Virus record (IMG/VR): IMGVR_UViG_3300035180_001708
Length of the DNA: 64,000 bases
Source of the DNA: an uncultured virus (IMG/VR IMGVR_UViG_3300035180_001708)
Taxonomy: Duplodnaviria; Heunggongvirae; Uroviricota; Caudoviricetes
Direction: 5' to 3' (one strand)
Below are positions 30,028 to 38,605 of the stretch, one piece after another. The position numbers and the translations under genes were made by a program. Position 1 is the first letter of the stretch, and each line of letters starts with the position of its first letter. The notes beneath the pieces were generated by a model, which saw only the letters and a program-made list of their open reading frames with translations, did no database searches and was not told where the DNA came from.

Positions 30028-30672
30028 ATGCTATCGATAGATAGACAAAAGTTATCTAAGATCCAGAAAGTGTTGTCAGCAGTTGAAACTATACCGCAAG
30101 GGGGTAACCTGGACGGTATGTGTTCAATCTCTGCAATACACTTTGGATTGGAAGGAGTTGTTGACCAGGAGAGAACTCCGGGAATGTCTCCTGCTGTTTA
30201 CACCTGGATCCGGATGGTTCAACCCTGGATCCCGGTAGAACTGCTCAACCACCCAAGTTGGAAACAGTTGATACCTTTTGCAGCAGCGACAGGGTTGCTG
30301 CATGAAGAACGTCGACAACAAGTGGTGGACGATTGGTTGTGGTGGACCATTGTCCCTTCGTTGGACGACCAAGTTGACCCACCATCGATGCATGACTGGA
30401 GGTTGTTCGGGGTCAATAAGGAACAGATATACCTCGGTAGGCTATTGAAACGTCGGCAAACTGCCTTGCTCAGAACAGGGCTACTTGCTCTCAACAACTA
30501 CCTCAAGCGCCCCTCGGTCAGGAGTGCTTGTTTTGCTGCGTCCCTCGTGATGCAGAATCGTGACTACGACTGGTGGCTGCAATCTCGTACAACCTTGACC
30601 CTGAAAAGGTTGATACAAGTAAGCGTAACCCCTCAAGAGCTTCAACTCCTTCAACCCAGGAACAAAAAATGA
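30028..30672 (+). CDS. Hypothetical protein
   Basis: SD GAGG; stop overlaps start of NAMPT-like gene. Confidence 0.6.
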   Translation: MLSIDRQKLSKIQKVLSAVETIPQGGNLDGMCSISAIHFGLEGVVDQERTPGMSPAVYTWIRMVQPWIPVELLNHPSWKQLIPFAAATGLLHEERRQQVVDDWLWWTIVPSLDDQVDPPSMHDWRLFGVNKEQIYLGRLLKRRQTALLRTGLLALNNYLKRPSVRSACFAASLVMQNRDYDWWLQSRTTLTLKRLIQVSVTPQELQLLQPRNKK

Positions 30673-32165
30673 GCACGTCTTTCCGTACCTTGTCCATGCT
30701 GATGACTGACTTCTACAAGGTGGATCATCATCGCCAGTACCCCGCCAACACCCAGGAGGTGTACTCCAACTTGACTGCACGGTCCAACGTCCATGCAATC
30801 AGAGACTTTCCTGATTTTGCTGACAAAGTTGTGGTCTTCGGGATTCAAGCCTTCATCCTTGAAATCTTGGTTACCCATTTCCATGAAAACTTCTTCTCTT
30901 TGAAGAGGGAAGCTGTCCGTTACTATTATCAAAGGAGGATGGACACCTCTCTTGGCAAAGGTGCAGTTGACATTGAGAACATCTTGTCGCTGCACAAGCT
31001 CGGCTTCCTGCCGATCAAAATCAAGGCGTTGCCGGAAGGTTCGCTTTGCCCCATGAAAGTTCCGTTTTTGACCATTCGGAACACCAACAAAGACTTTGGT
31101 TGGTTGACAAACAGCCTTGAAACCATGATCTCTGACCACATCTGGAAACCGATGACCAGCGCAACCACGGCCTACCGCTTCAGACGAAACTTTGAACGGT
31201 TTGCCGAGATCACCGGGGCTGACAAGGCCTTCATCGATTGGCAGGGCCACGATTTCAGCTTCCGTGGCATGAACGGGTTCTGGGATGCTGCCTCGTCCGG
31301 CGGTGGTCACCTGCTGAGCTTTCTGGGAACAGACACCATTCCGGCAATTGACTGGCTGGAGCAGTTCTACATGGCCGACTCTGAAGAAGAGATGGTTGGT
31401 GGTTCGGTGTTTGCAACAGAGCATGCGGTGATGTGCCTCGGGCTGGAAGAGGGGGAAGAAGACACTTTCGACCGGCTGTTGTTCAAGACCTATCCGTCTG
31501 CCGTGGTGTCTATCGTGTCTGACACCTGGGACTACTGGTCGGTTCTGAACACCTACTGTCGGTCCCGAGCAGACGCAATCAAGGCACGGGGAGGCAAGTT
31601 TGTTGTTCGCCCCGACTCTGGTGATCCGCTGCTGATCATTTGTGGTGATCCTTCGTCGGATGACGAGCGCGCCAAAGTCGGCACCCTTGAGCTGCTCTGG
31701 TCTATCTTTGGGGGAACTTTCAACGAGAAAGGGTATCGAAAACTACACCCGTCTGTCGGCCTGATCTACGGTGACTCTATTACCCTGGCAAGGCAACAAG
31801 CGATACTTGGCTGCATGGAGGAAATGGGCTTTGCGTCGGACAACGTGGTCTTTGGTCTGGGCTCGTTTACTTACCAGTACGTCACTCGCGACACCTATGG
31901 TTTTGCCATCAAGGCAACCTCGGGTGTTGTGAATGGTGTTCGCCACGCCTTGCAGAAAACTCCCGCCACAGATGTGGGATCGAAGAAATCTGCTCGCGGG
32001 TTGCTGCGAGTGGAAGCTGATGCCGCCCATGGTTTCATTCTCCATGAAGATCAGACTCCAGAGCAAGAAGAAACAGGCGCTCTAGAAACGGTCTATCTTG
32101 ACGGCAAACTTGTTCGGGTGCGCACTCTCGCGGAGATTCGTTCGCGATTGAGACTGACCGCCTGA
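30669..32165 (+). CDS. Nicotinamide phosphoribosyltransferase-like protein (candidate Namat of NARP1)
   Basis: TDFYKVDH..QYP, HDFSFRG, ATEHAVM, SIVSDTWD, VRPDSGDP, IYGDSIT, TRDT, KKSARG. Confidence 0.92.
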   Translation: MSTSFRTLSMLMTDFYKVDHHRQYPANTQEVYSNLTARSNVHAIRDFPDFADKVVVFGIQAFILEILVTHFHENFFSLKREAVRYYYQRRMDTSLGKGAVDIENILSLHKLGFLPIKIKALPEGSLCPMKVPFLTIRNTNKDFGWLTNSLETMISDHIWKPMTSATTAYRFRRNFERFAEITGADKAFIDWQGHDFSFRGMNGFWDAASSGGGHLLSFLGTDTIPAIDWLEQFYMADSEEEMVGGSVFATEHAVMCLGLEEGEEDTFDRLLFKTYPSAVVSIVSDTWDYWSVLNTYCRSRADAIKARGGKFVVRPDSGDPLLIICGDPSSDDERAKVGTLELLWSIFGGTFNEKGYRKLHPSVGLIYGDSITLARQQAILGCMEEMGFASDNVVFGLGSFTYQYVTRDTYGFAIKATSGVVNGVRHALQKTPATDVGSKKSARGLLRVEADAAHGFILHEDQTPEQEETGALETVYLDGKLVRVRTLAEIRSRLRLTA

Positions 32166-32188
32166 CCCTCGGTCAGAGCACTCAAACT

Positions 32189-32225
32189 GGCGGCGGTTGG
32201 TGAACTCCTGGCATCAACCGCCGTT
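32189..32225. other. Long intergenic hairpin after NAMPT-like gene
   Basis: CGGCGGTTGGTG-N9-CATCAACCGCCG, 12-bp stem with one G-U; preceded by CTGACC-CTC-GGTCAG. Confidence 0.6.
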
Positions 32226-32246
32226 ATCTTAACCTAGAGGAAAATC

Positions 32247-32690
32247 ATGGCAGATACTGTTAATAAAGTAGTGGACGTGGCCAGTCAGCTAAATGGAGCC
32301 CTGGCCGATATTACAACAGCAATGAAGGGGGCTATCTCAACCTATGGGCCGGATGCTGTTCATGTGGTGATGCTGTCCTTCCGAGTGGAGGCTGGACAAC
32401 AACTTCTTGGAGGAATTTTTTTGATTGGGCTGTTGATCTGCCTGATTGCCTTCGGGAAAAAATCGTGGATCTATTTTTCAAAAATGGAAAAAGAGTCCGA
32501 AACCTCAAGTGATGAGGAAGGCGCGCAGTTCATGAAATTGGCGTCGAGTGTTTTCACTTCAATCCTCGGTATTGTCTGCCTTGTTTCCGCCTACCAGGCA
32601 ATTTCTGACCTGTCAGCCTGGATGGCTGTGTTTGGTTGGCATGAATTGAGAATTGCAACCAAGGCATTGCATGCAGCGGGGTTGATGTGA
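32247..32690 (+). CDS. Membrane protein
   Basis: SD GAGG; two TM segments. Confidence 0.7.
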   Translation: MADTVNKVVDVASQLNGALADITTAMKGAISTYGPDAVHVVMLSFRVEAGQQLLGGIFLIGLLICLIAFGKKSWIYFSKMEKESETSSDEEGAQFMKLASSVFTSILGIVCLVSAYQAISDLSAWMAVFGWHELRIATKALHAAGLM

Positions 32691-32757
32691 TGTGGATTGA
32701 ACACAACGGTTTCACGGAAGGTGGCTACTGGGCTGAGCTGGAGGGAAATCCTCGTAG

Positions 32758-33255
32758 GTGTCAGCTTCAGTGCGGACCAAGGTTAGGCTTCTTTCTTGGA
32801 GCAGTGCCAACGATTGCTGTTCTACTGCTCTTTCATCTTCTCACTCGCAAAAAGGTGAAAAAGTGAAGCAATTCAAAGATCTCACCAAAAAAGAGAAAAT
32901 TGATTTGTTCAGCAGCTGGGTAGAAGACCCCCGCTGTATCCAGTACTACAGCTCCGAACATGACACCTGGACAACAATACCAAATCCGGGCTGGATGAGT
33001 ACAACCATATACAGAGCAACAATTGCCCCAGACTACATTGACTGGTCTCACGTAGCCCCCGACTTGAAGTTCATGACTAGAGAGAGTACTGGGGCCGCTT
33101 GGCTCTGGCGTAGTCGTCCACGGGTTTTTATGGATTACTATTGGGCTTTGCCACTTACAGATGGCCACGCCGCTTGTTCGGCAAACAACTTTTCAAGCTA
33201 CAAGAAAGGGGCAACTCGTTGGCAAGAATCTCTGGTTTGTCGGCCAGAAAACTGA
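32758..33255 (+). CDS. Hypothetical protein (true start probably ~32863)
   Basis: PDYIDWSHV...W...P...W...WQESLVCRP phage-type motif. Confidence 0.6.
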   Translation: MSASVRTKVRLLSWSSANDCCSTALSSSHSQKGEKVKQFKDLTKKEKIDLFSSWVEDPRCIQYYSSEHDTWTTIPNPGWMSTTIYRATIAPDYIDWSHVAPDLKFMTRESTGAAWLWRSRPRVFMDYYWALPLTDGHAACSANNFSSYKKGATRWQESLVCRPEN

Positions 33256-33275
33256 GAAAACACACGTATCTATAA
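33250..33275 (+). promoter_or_regulatory. Class A promoter-like motif, third copy
   Basis: AACTGAG aaaacacac GTATCTATAA, same 9-nt spacer. Confidence 0.65.
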
Positions 33276-33951
33276 CCCTATGGAGGGCGCATTGCGCATA
33301 CTGTCCTCAAAGACCATGGAGCTTCGCCCTGTTGATGTGGATTCTGTTGAAACCACTGAGATACTTAGTACCTATGTCCTGGGGACTGAGGAGGTTCGAA
33401 CTGCAATAGTTTCTCTTGTTGTCGTCGGAGTAGACACGATTCCGAGCAGACGAACCCGAGCCCTTGACCCTATGGCCTCGGAAAAGAGGAAGCCTTGATC
33501 ATAGCAGAGTTGATCACCAGCGCCACAAGCAAGAAACATTAGAGGTAAAAATGACACTCTGGGTTATCCATCCTGAAGGTTCCACTCCTGGGCCCAAGAC
33601 TTATGATAGCCCCTTGTGGGACGAACGGGGTCTCAGATCCCTGAGAAAGGACAACTACGAAAGCCACCACGAAGCTTGTGTGGCGGCTCAATTTATCAGC
33701 AGCGGAAACAAATTCAATTTCATTGTGAGTGAGGCTCAAAATGCAACCATCGGAAGCAGAACTCGAAGAAGTTCAAAAGGGCCTGGCGCATTGCAAGGTC
33801 TTGATTCGCCGGTCTAAGACCGCAAAACTGGCGAAGGAGCCTTTCCATCGTCAGTATCTCTACGAGGCAAACACGATTCTCAAGTCGTTGCCTCGAACCT
33901 ACGAAGTTGTCAAGCTTGACAACTTTGTGAAACAATTTCGGAACTAAGGAA

Positions 33952-33989
33952 CCGCCCCTTCGGGGGCGGGTAGCTACTTTCCTTTTTTT
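33952..33989 (+). terminator. Intrinsic terminator
   Basis: CCGCCCC-TTCG-GGGGCGG followed by T-rich tract. Confidence 0.7.
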
Positions 33990-34006
33990 ATCACAAAGGG
34001 GTCTGA

Positions 34007-34755
34007 ATGATTCTTGCTCCATACAAAATGCCTAGCTGGGAGCCACACACAACAATTAACCCAGAGGAGGCAGGCAAGCCTCACCCAAAGGTTTTGCCTT
34101 ATTTTGACCGAGATGGTAGGTTGGTTTACCGAGTTTCGACCAACGATTTGCCATTCAAAAGCAGCCCAGTGCGGTATGCAGACTGGGTGGAAGGAGATGG
34201 ACCAGGACCTAACAAATGGTTTTCCTGGAGAGCTCTGATCATGGACAAAAAACCAGAGTTGAGGCAAGCTGGTAGCCTCTTCGGAGATGACATACCAGCT
34301 GCTGTGCAAGAAGTATTCACTGCTCGCTTCCAATTGAGGCATTTATCGCAGTTGAATCTGACTTGGTCTACAGAGCTATTGGTTCAGGCTGAAACTCTGT
34401 GGCGAGAGAAATCAAATCAGAGAGCAGGAGTGAATCATCCATGAAATTGTACTTGACAGTTGGAGACAACTGGAAAGACTACTTCTCGGTTGGTCTTGAC
34501 AAGGTGGTTTGTGTTCAAACCTTGTCTGGAGGCACAGTCAAAGAGGGTACTGGTGGTCTGTTTCTCATAACAGACTACTATCTAAAAATCAGCACAATAA
34601 GAGGCAACTCCTACTTGTCTAGCTTTGACAATCCAGGAGATCGTGATGACCTCTTAGCTATGTTGGTAAAAGAGGGGCTGCCAGATTTCCCGGAGGATTT
34701 GGCAACCCCTGTCTATGGTAACTTCAAAAGAAATGGGGGCTTTGTGCAAATATAG
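34007..34755 (+). other. Two hypothetical CDSs (34007-34444, 34441-34755)
   Basis: SD sequences and ATGA coupling; second converges on terminase. Confidence 0.6.
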
Positions 34756-36085
34756 GTTTGCTGTAGTTGAGTGGCCACAGGTAATCAACAAGATACCTTA
34801 GTCCATCACTAAAGTGTTCTACACCTTGAGTCTTGTCAATGGTAGCAGTTTCAGGTCTGCTTTCCAACCACACTGTTCGTTCGATAGAGTCAATAAACCC
34901 TTTGCACCTTGGGTGGACATACATGTCGATGTCCCCTGCAGCATTCATCATCTTGCGGTTGACTGCTGCAACACTATCAACAAGAGGTGGTGCTTTATCA
35001 CGAGCAAGGACAGTAAAACCTGCTTCTCGTAGAATACTAAAGTCTGTGGCTCCAATTGCGGCTGAGGTCTTACGAGCTCGGCCAGAAGGATCTGGATAAC
35101 AAATAATTCTAGAACGAGGGTATTTACTACGAATTACATGAGCAAGCTGCTCAGTGTTTGCGGAACCCTTTGACTCGTCTAGAGTGTGAAGTTGGCCACC
35201 ACGAATAGCATGAAAGCTAGTGCAGTTCAACATGATGTTAAAGTCAATTGCAACATGCACGTCTTCCCCCTCCATAAAATCTGGAAGGTTTGAATCAACA
35301 TGAAGTTTTCGATCCCAGGTATGAAACAGAGTCAAACCGGACTCTTCAAAGGAGGCTAGATACTCACGAGCAAAACGCAAAGGATCAGCATGTTTCTTTG
35401 CTTCCTCAATTTCTTCGTAGGACAACAAAGGAGAATCTTTATAGGTGTATTTAAAAGTCTTCCAGCGTTGATCTGTGTGCTCGCGCTGTGCGAGATCATA
35501 GAAGTAGTCTTTACCTTTAGGGGTACTGGGGATCAGGGCTCTACCAGGACTAGCTGCTCCGACCAGAGCTGCTTGCTTAGGGGACCAACGGGTAACAATG
35601 CAAGGCTCAATGACTGATTCCCAGGCGTTACGAATATCAGAACCACGAACTTCCCAACTTGGCATTTCGTCAGCAACAACAAGGTATTGGCCAGACCCAC
35701 GCATACGTTCGTGAGCGTCCGAAGACCAGCAACGAACTTCAGTTCCATTCTTGAAGACAAATTTACCCAGAGCTCTTGAAGAGCTTTTGGCTCGAGACTC
35801 AAGCCCGAATTGGTAAGCAAGCATTGGCCAGTAAATGTCTGTAACCTGAGTATAGGAACCGCACAACAGCGCAATGTTCTTGTTAGGAACAGATACTGGA
35901 AGACGTTCTAGCTCTTCAACAGCGAGAGTCACAGCCGAACCAGACATAAAGGATTTACCGAGACCACGAGACCCAACCACAACAGCAAAACGCATCTTCC
36001 AGTCGGGAGAACCAACTAGCTGGGGAGTGAATAAATGGCTCACAACCTCAGACTGAGATCGATGGAGATTAATGGTTAAAGTCAT
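34724..36085 (-). CDS. terL: Terminase large subunit
   Basis: Walker A GSRGLGKS, Walker B LVVADE, STPKG, F.REYLASF, nuclease IDFN and HFSDGLRY. Confidence 0.92.
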   Translation of the reverse strand: MTLTINLHRSQSEVVSHLFTPQLVGSPDWKMRFAVVVGSRGLGKSFMSGSAVTLAVEELERLPVSVPNKNIALLCGSYTQVTDIYWPMLAYQFGLESRAKSSSRALGKFVFKNGTEVRCWSSDAHERMRGSGQYLVVADEMPSWEVRGSDIRNAWESVIEPCIVTRWSPKQAALVGAASPGRALIPSTPKGKDYFYDLAQREHTDQRWKTFKYTYKDSPLLSYEEIEEAKKHADPLRFAREYLASFEESGLTLFHTWDRKLHVDSNLPDFMEGEDVHVAIDFNIMLNCTSFHAIRGGQLHTLDESKGSANTEQLAHVIRSKYPRSRIICYPDPSGRARKTSAAIGATDFSILREAGFTVLARDKAPPLVDSVAAVNRKMMNAAGDIDMYVHPRCKGFIDSIERTVWLESRPETATIDKTQGVEHFSDGLRYLVDYLWPLNYSKPIFAQSPHFF

Positions 36086-36443
36086 AAATGTTTTTACCGA
36101 AATAGATCTTGCAAAGAAACTAAAGGAAAAGTTTCCTCATATTAAATATCACTACCATCGTCGTGTAGTGCGCTTGATCTTTGCTACAATAATTGAAGGT
36201 CTAGAGGCAGGTTGGCCTGTAGACCTGGGGACACAGCTAGGTAAGTTTGTTGTTCAAGAGATAACAACTACCTTCGGCAACTTAAAGAAAGGTCACGGAA
36301 ACCACAGCAGAAAAACTAAACGAGTTCAGTTCAGACCGAGTTCAAGCTTCAAAGAAAGGTATTCCTATGTTCCTCCTCACGATCCTGTGTTTGATTGCGG
36401 CAATCAACCTGTCAGCGCTGTGCCTGACGAGCATACTGATTGA
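36072..36443 (+). CDS. HU/IHF-like DNA-binding protein
   Basis: SD GGAG; IFATIIEGLEAGWPVDLGTQLGKFVV...KRVQFRPSSSFKE. Confidence 0.7.
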   Translation: MVKVINVFTEIDLAKKLKEKFPHIKYHYHRRVVRLIFATIIEGLEAGWPVDLGTQLGKFVVQEITTTFGNLKKGHGNHSRKTKRVQFRPSSSFKERYSYVPPHDPVFDCGNQPVSAVPDEHTD

Positions 36444-36680
36444 TGACAAAGAGATGTCCGCGTTGATCAAGTTGCGTAACTGCTTGCTTGCAATCTTTTT
36501 CGGATTACCGATTGGTATTATTGCTTCTTTTGCAGTAGGAATTGAATCCGTGCAACAATCACGTCGCCACCCGCCAAAGTCATAAGCTCCTTGTAAAGGG
36601 CTGCGTAGGGGTCATTCTTTGCAATAACCACTTCGCCAGCGTCAGCTTTGTTCAGTGCAATTGCGTCGTCGGAGAGTTCT

Positions 36681-37249
36681 TCAGCCATTATCTTGTTTCC
36701 TTGTGATGAGTAGTTTCAATTTGATTACACCTGGAGTCTCTTCATTAGACCCAGCAAGCAAATAGTTGATTGGCCCCTGCTCATGTTCTTCAATGAACTT
36801 CTTAAGTTCGGGCCAGTCATAGTGATTAAATACCCGGTAAGCCAGGTTGTTTGCTTGTTCAGGAGTCAAGTCACGACCCCAAGCAATTCGATCTTCCTTA
36901 GTACGGGGAGAAAACCAGTGGATCTGTAGTTCTGTCAATGGAGCACCTTCAATTCTAATTCTGAAAAGTTATTTGCGTCTTCGTCATCACCAATAAAGAT
37001 GGCAACAGCTTCTAGGTAGAAGCCCTTAGGGTAAAGCTTTAGCCCAAACTTTTTAACCTCGGATGGTACACGGCCTTGTTCAGACATCTCAAGAAAGATT
37101 TGGTTGTCTCGATCTGCATTGTGAAGCTGCAATAGAAACAGCCTACATTCGTTCAAAGTCTGGTCAGGTGATCTCATTGCGAGTTGAATCATGGGAGAGA
37201 ATAATCCTAATAGGTTCTGCTTGATCTGTAGATTCTTGGCTGACAGCAC
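36681..37249 (-). other. Two hypothetical CDSs in terminase island (36681-36938; 36935 to ~37177/37249)
   Basis: Coupled minus-strand ORFs. Confidence 0.55.
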
Positions 37250-37643
37250 CAGCTTCTCGATAACGATATTTCAGCAGAGCTGCTGCAATACGCTCTTGAA
37301 TTGTAATAAGATTATTGATAACGGTAGCGCGTGGTTGAGCTGCAGCCAACTCTTTCTTCAAGAGTTTTTTGTACTCATCTAACTGGCAAACCAGTTCATC
37401 AATAGGATCAAACCCAATGTCAATCAATTTGACAGGTCCTTCAATGTTATTAGAAGGTGGAGGGCTAGCAATAGCTCTTAGAGCCTCTAGTGCTTTCTTA
37501 TTCAATTTGTATCGCTCCGGTGGTGGTCTCCATGTCTGTGTGTAGGGGTCATAACCTGCCATATAGGCATCTAGATTCTTACCAACTGGACTTCCTCTTG
37601 TTTTTTGGTGAGAGAAATCAGTCTTAGACTTATACAGGGTCAT
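37164..37643 (-). CDS. Putative terminase small subunit
   Basis: Helical 159 aa, GFDPIDELV...AAALLKYRY, C-terminal PIRIIL strand; upstream of terL on same strand. Confidence 0.5.
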   Translation of the reverse strand: MTLYKSKTDFSHQKTRGSPVGKNLDAYMAGYDPYTQTWRPPPERYKLNKKALEALRAIASPPPSNNIEGPVKLIDIGFDPIDELVCQLDEYKKLLKKELAAAQPRATVINNLITIQERIAAALLKYRYREAGAVSQESTDQAEPIRIILSHDSTRNEIT

Positions 37644-37821
37644 GATTGAGAGTATAGAGAATTAGGTTGGGTTTAAAGACTACATTAAAGGCCTCAGACT
37701 GGCGGGTAGCTAGCTCTCCAAGGGCAGTAATCCGAAGGTTATCAGAGCCAGGAGTTGTGGTCAACTCAACAATAGCAGGAGAACCTGTGTAAAGGGTGTT
37801 GAAGTAGTCAGAGTAGTTCAT
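37630..37821 (-). CDS. Hypothetical protein, first gene of terminase island
   Basis: SD GAGGAG; 25 nt downstream of class B motif. Confidence 0.65.
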   Translation of the reverse strand: MNYSDYFNTLYTGSPAIVELTTTPGSDNLRITALGELATRQSEAFNVVFKPNLILYTLNHDPV

Positions 37822-37845
37822 GGAGTCTCCTCATTGGTAGGGGGT

Positions 37846-37866
37846 TTCTTCTTTATAGCTAAGAGG
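37846..37866 (-). promoter_or_regulatory. Class B phage promoter-like motif upstream of terminase island
   Basis: CCTCTTAGCTATAAAGAAGAA on minus strand, identical to 10360-10380. Confidence 0.75.
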
Positions 37867-37872
37867 TGTGAA

Positions 37873-38259
37873 ATGCTGTTTTTCGTCTATGGGTCTTTAA
37901 AGGCAGGACAACGTTTGTCTCCGGCGATGCGAAGATTGGAGTTTGTTGCTGAGGCAAGAACTACAAAACCTGCTGTCCTGTTTCAAGGAGACTCTTGGCC
38001 CTGGGTTTCCCTGTCCGATTTATCCAGTGGTGTTCTTCCTGTTCATGGGGAACTCTACAGAGGAGACGAAAGTTGCAAAGACTTGCTCGACTATGTGGAG
38101 GGTTACCCCACGTTGTTCTATCGGAGTAAGATCAGTGTGACAGTGTTTGAAGAAGCTGAAGTAACTGCCTGGATTTATCACCGGGAGTGTAATCACCCTG
38201 CTGTGGCAGATAAGGTGGTTAAAAATGAGGTATTGGGGTACTGCTGGTCCCCGAAGTAG
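37873..38259 (+). CDS. Gamma-glutamylcyclotransferase (AIG2-like)
   Basis: FFVYGSLKAG, VHGELY, LDYVEGYP..YR, AWIY. Confidence 0.9.
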   Translation: MLFFVYGSLKAGQRLSPAMRRLEFVAEARTTKPAVLFQGDSWPWVSLSDLSSGVLPVHGELYRGDESCKDLLDYVEGYPTLFYRSKISVTVFEEAEVTAWIYHRECNHPAVADKVVKNEVLGYCWSPK

Positions 38260-38563
38260 AAAGGAAATAAAAATAGACCTGATAGCAATGCTTTTGGCCG
38301 TTGGCCTTGTGAAGCTCTTGCTATCTTCCAAAGATCGTGTGAATAAGGCTCGTAAGAGAACTCCTTAAGGATAAACGATGAAAGATAACAACAACAAAAA
38401 AGACTTGTCCTTTTCTTCATTGATTAGAGAAATTGACGCTAAATGGGGGCACACTTATGAAAAAGTTTCCGTAGAACAAGAGTTGGAAGAATTTACTTCC
38501 GTAGAGTCTGGTGTTCTTGTCATTGACCAAACAGACATAGTTTCAAGATTGAAATGGTGATTA

Positions 38564-38580
38564 CCACTTAGCTATAAAGC
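38564..38580 (+). promoter_or_regulatory. Class B motif variant upstream of stand-alone RNAP gene
   Basis: CCACTTAGCTATAAAGC, 15 of first 16 nt match consensus, 25 nt before ATG. Confidence 0.65.
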
Positions 38581-38605
38581 AGACCAGAAAATTTTAAGGA
38601 GACTA

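Noticed and set aside
34650..34661. CCTCTTAGCTAT, a 12-nt match to the class B motif
   Set aside because: Lacks the AAAG initiation part, lies in a CDS and points only at the 3' end of terL; kept out as probably non-functional
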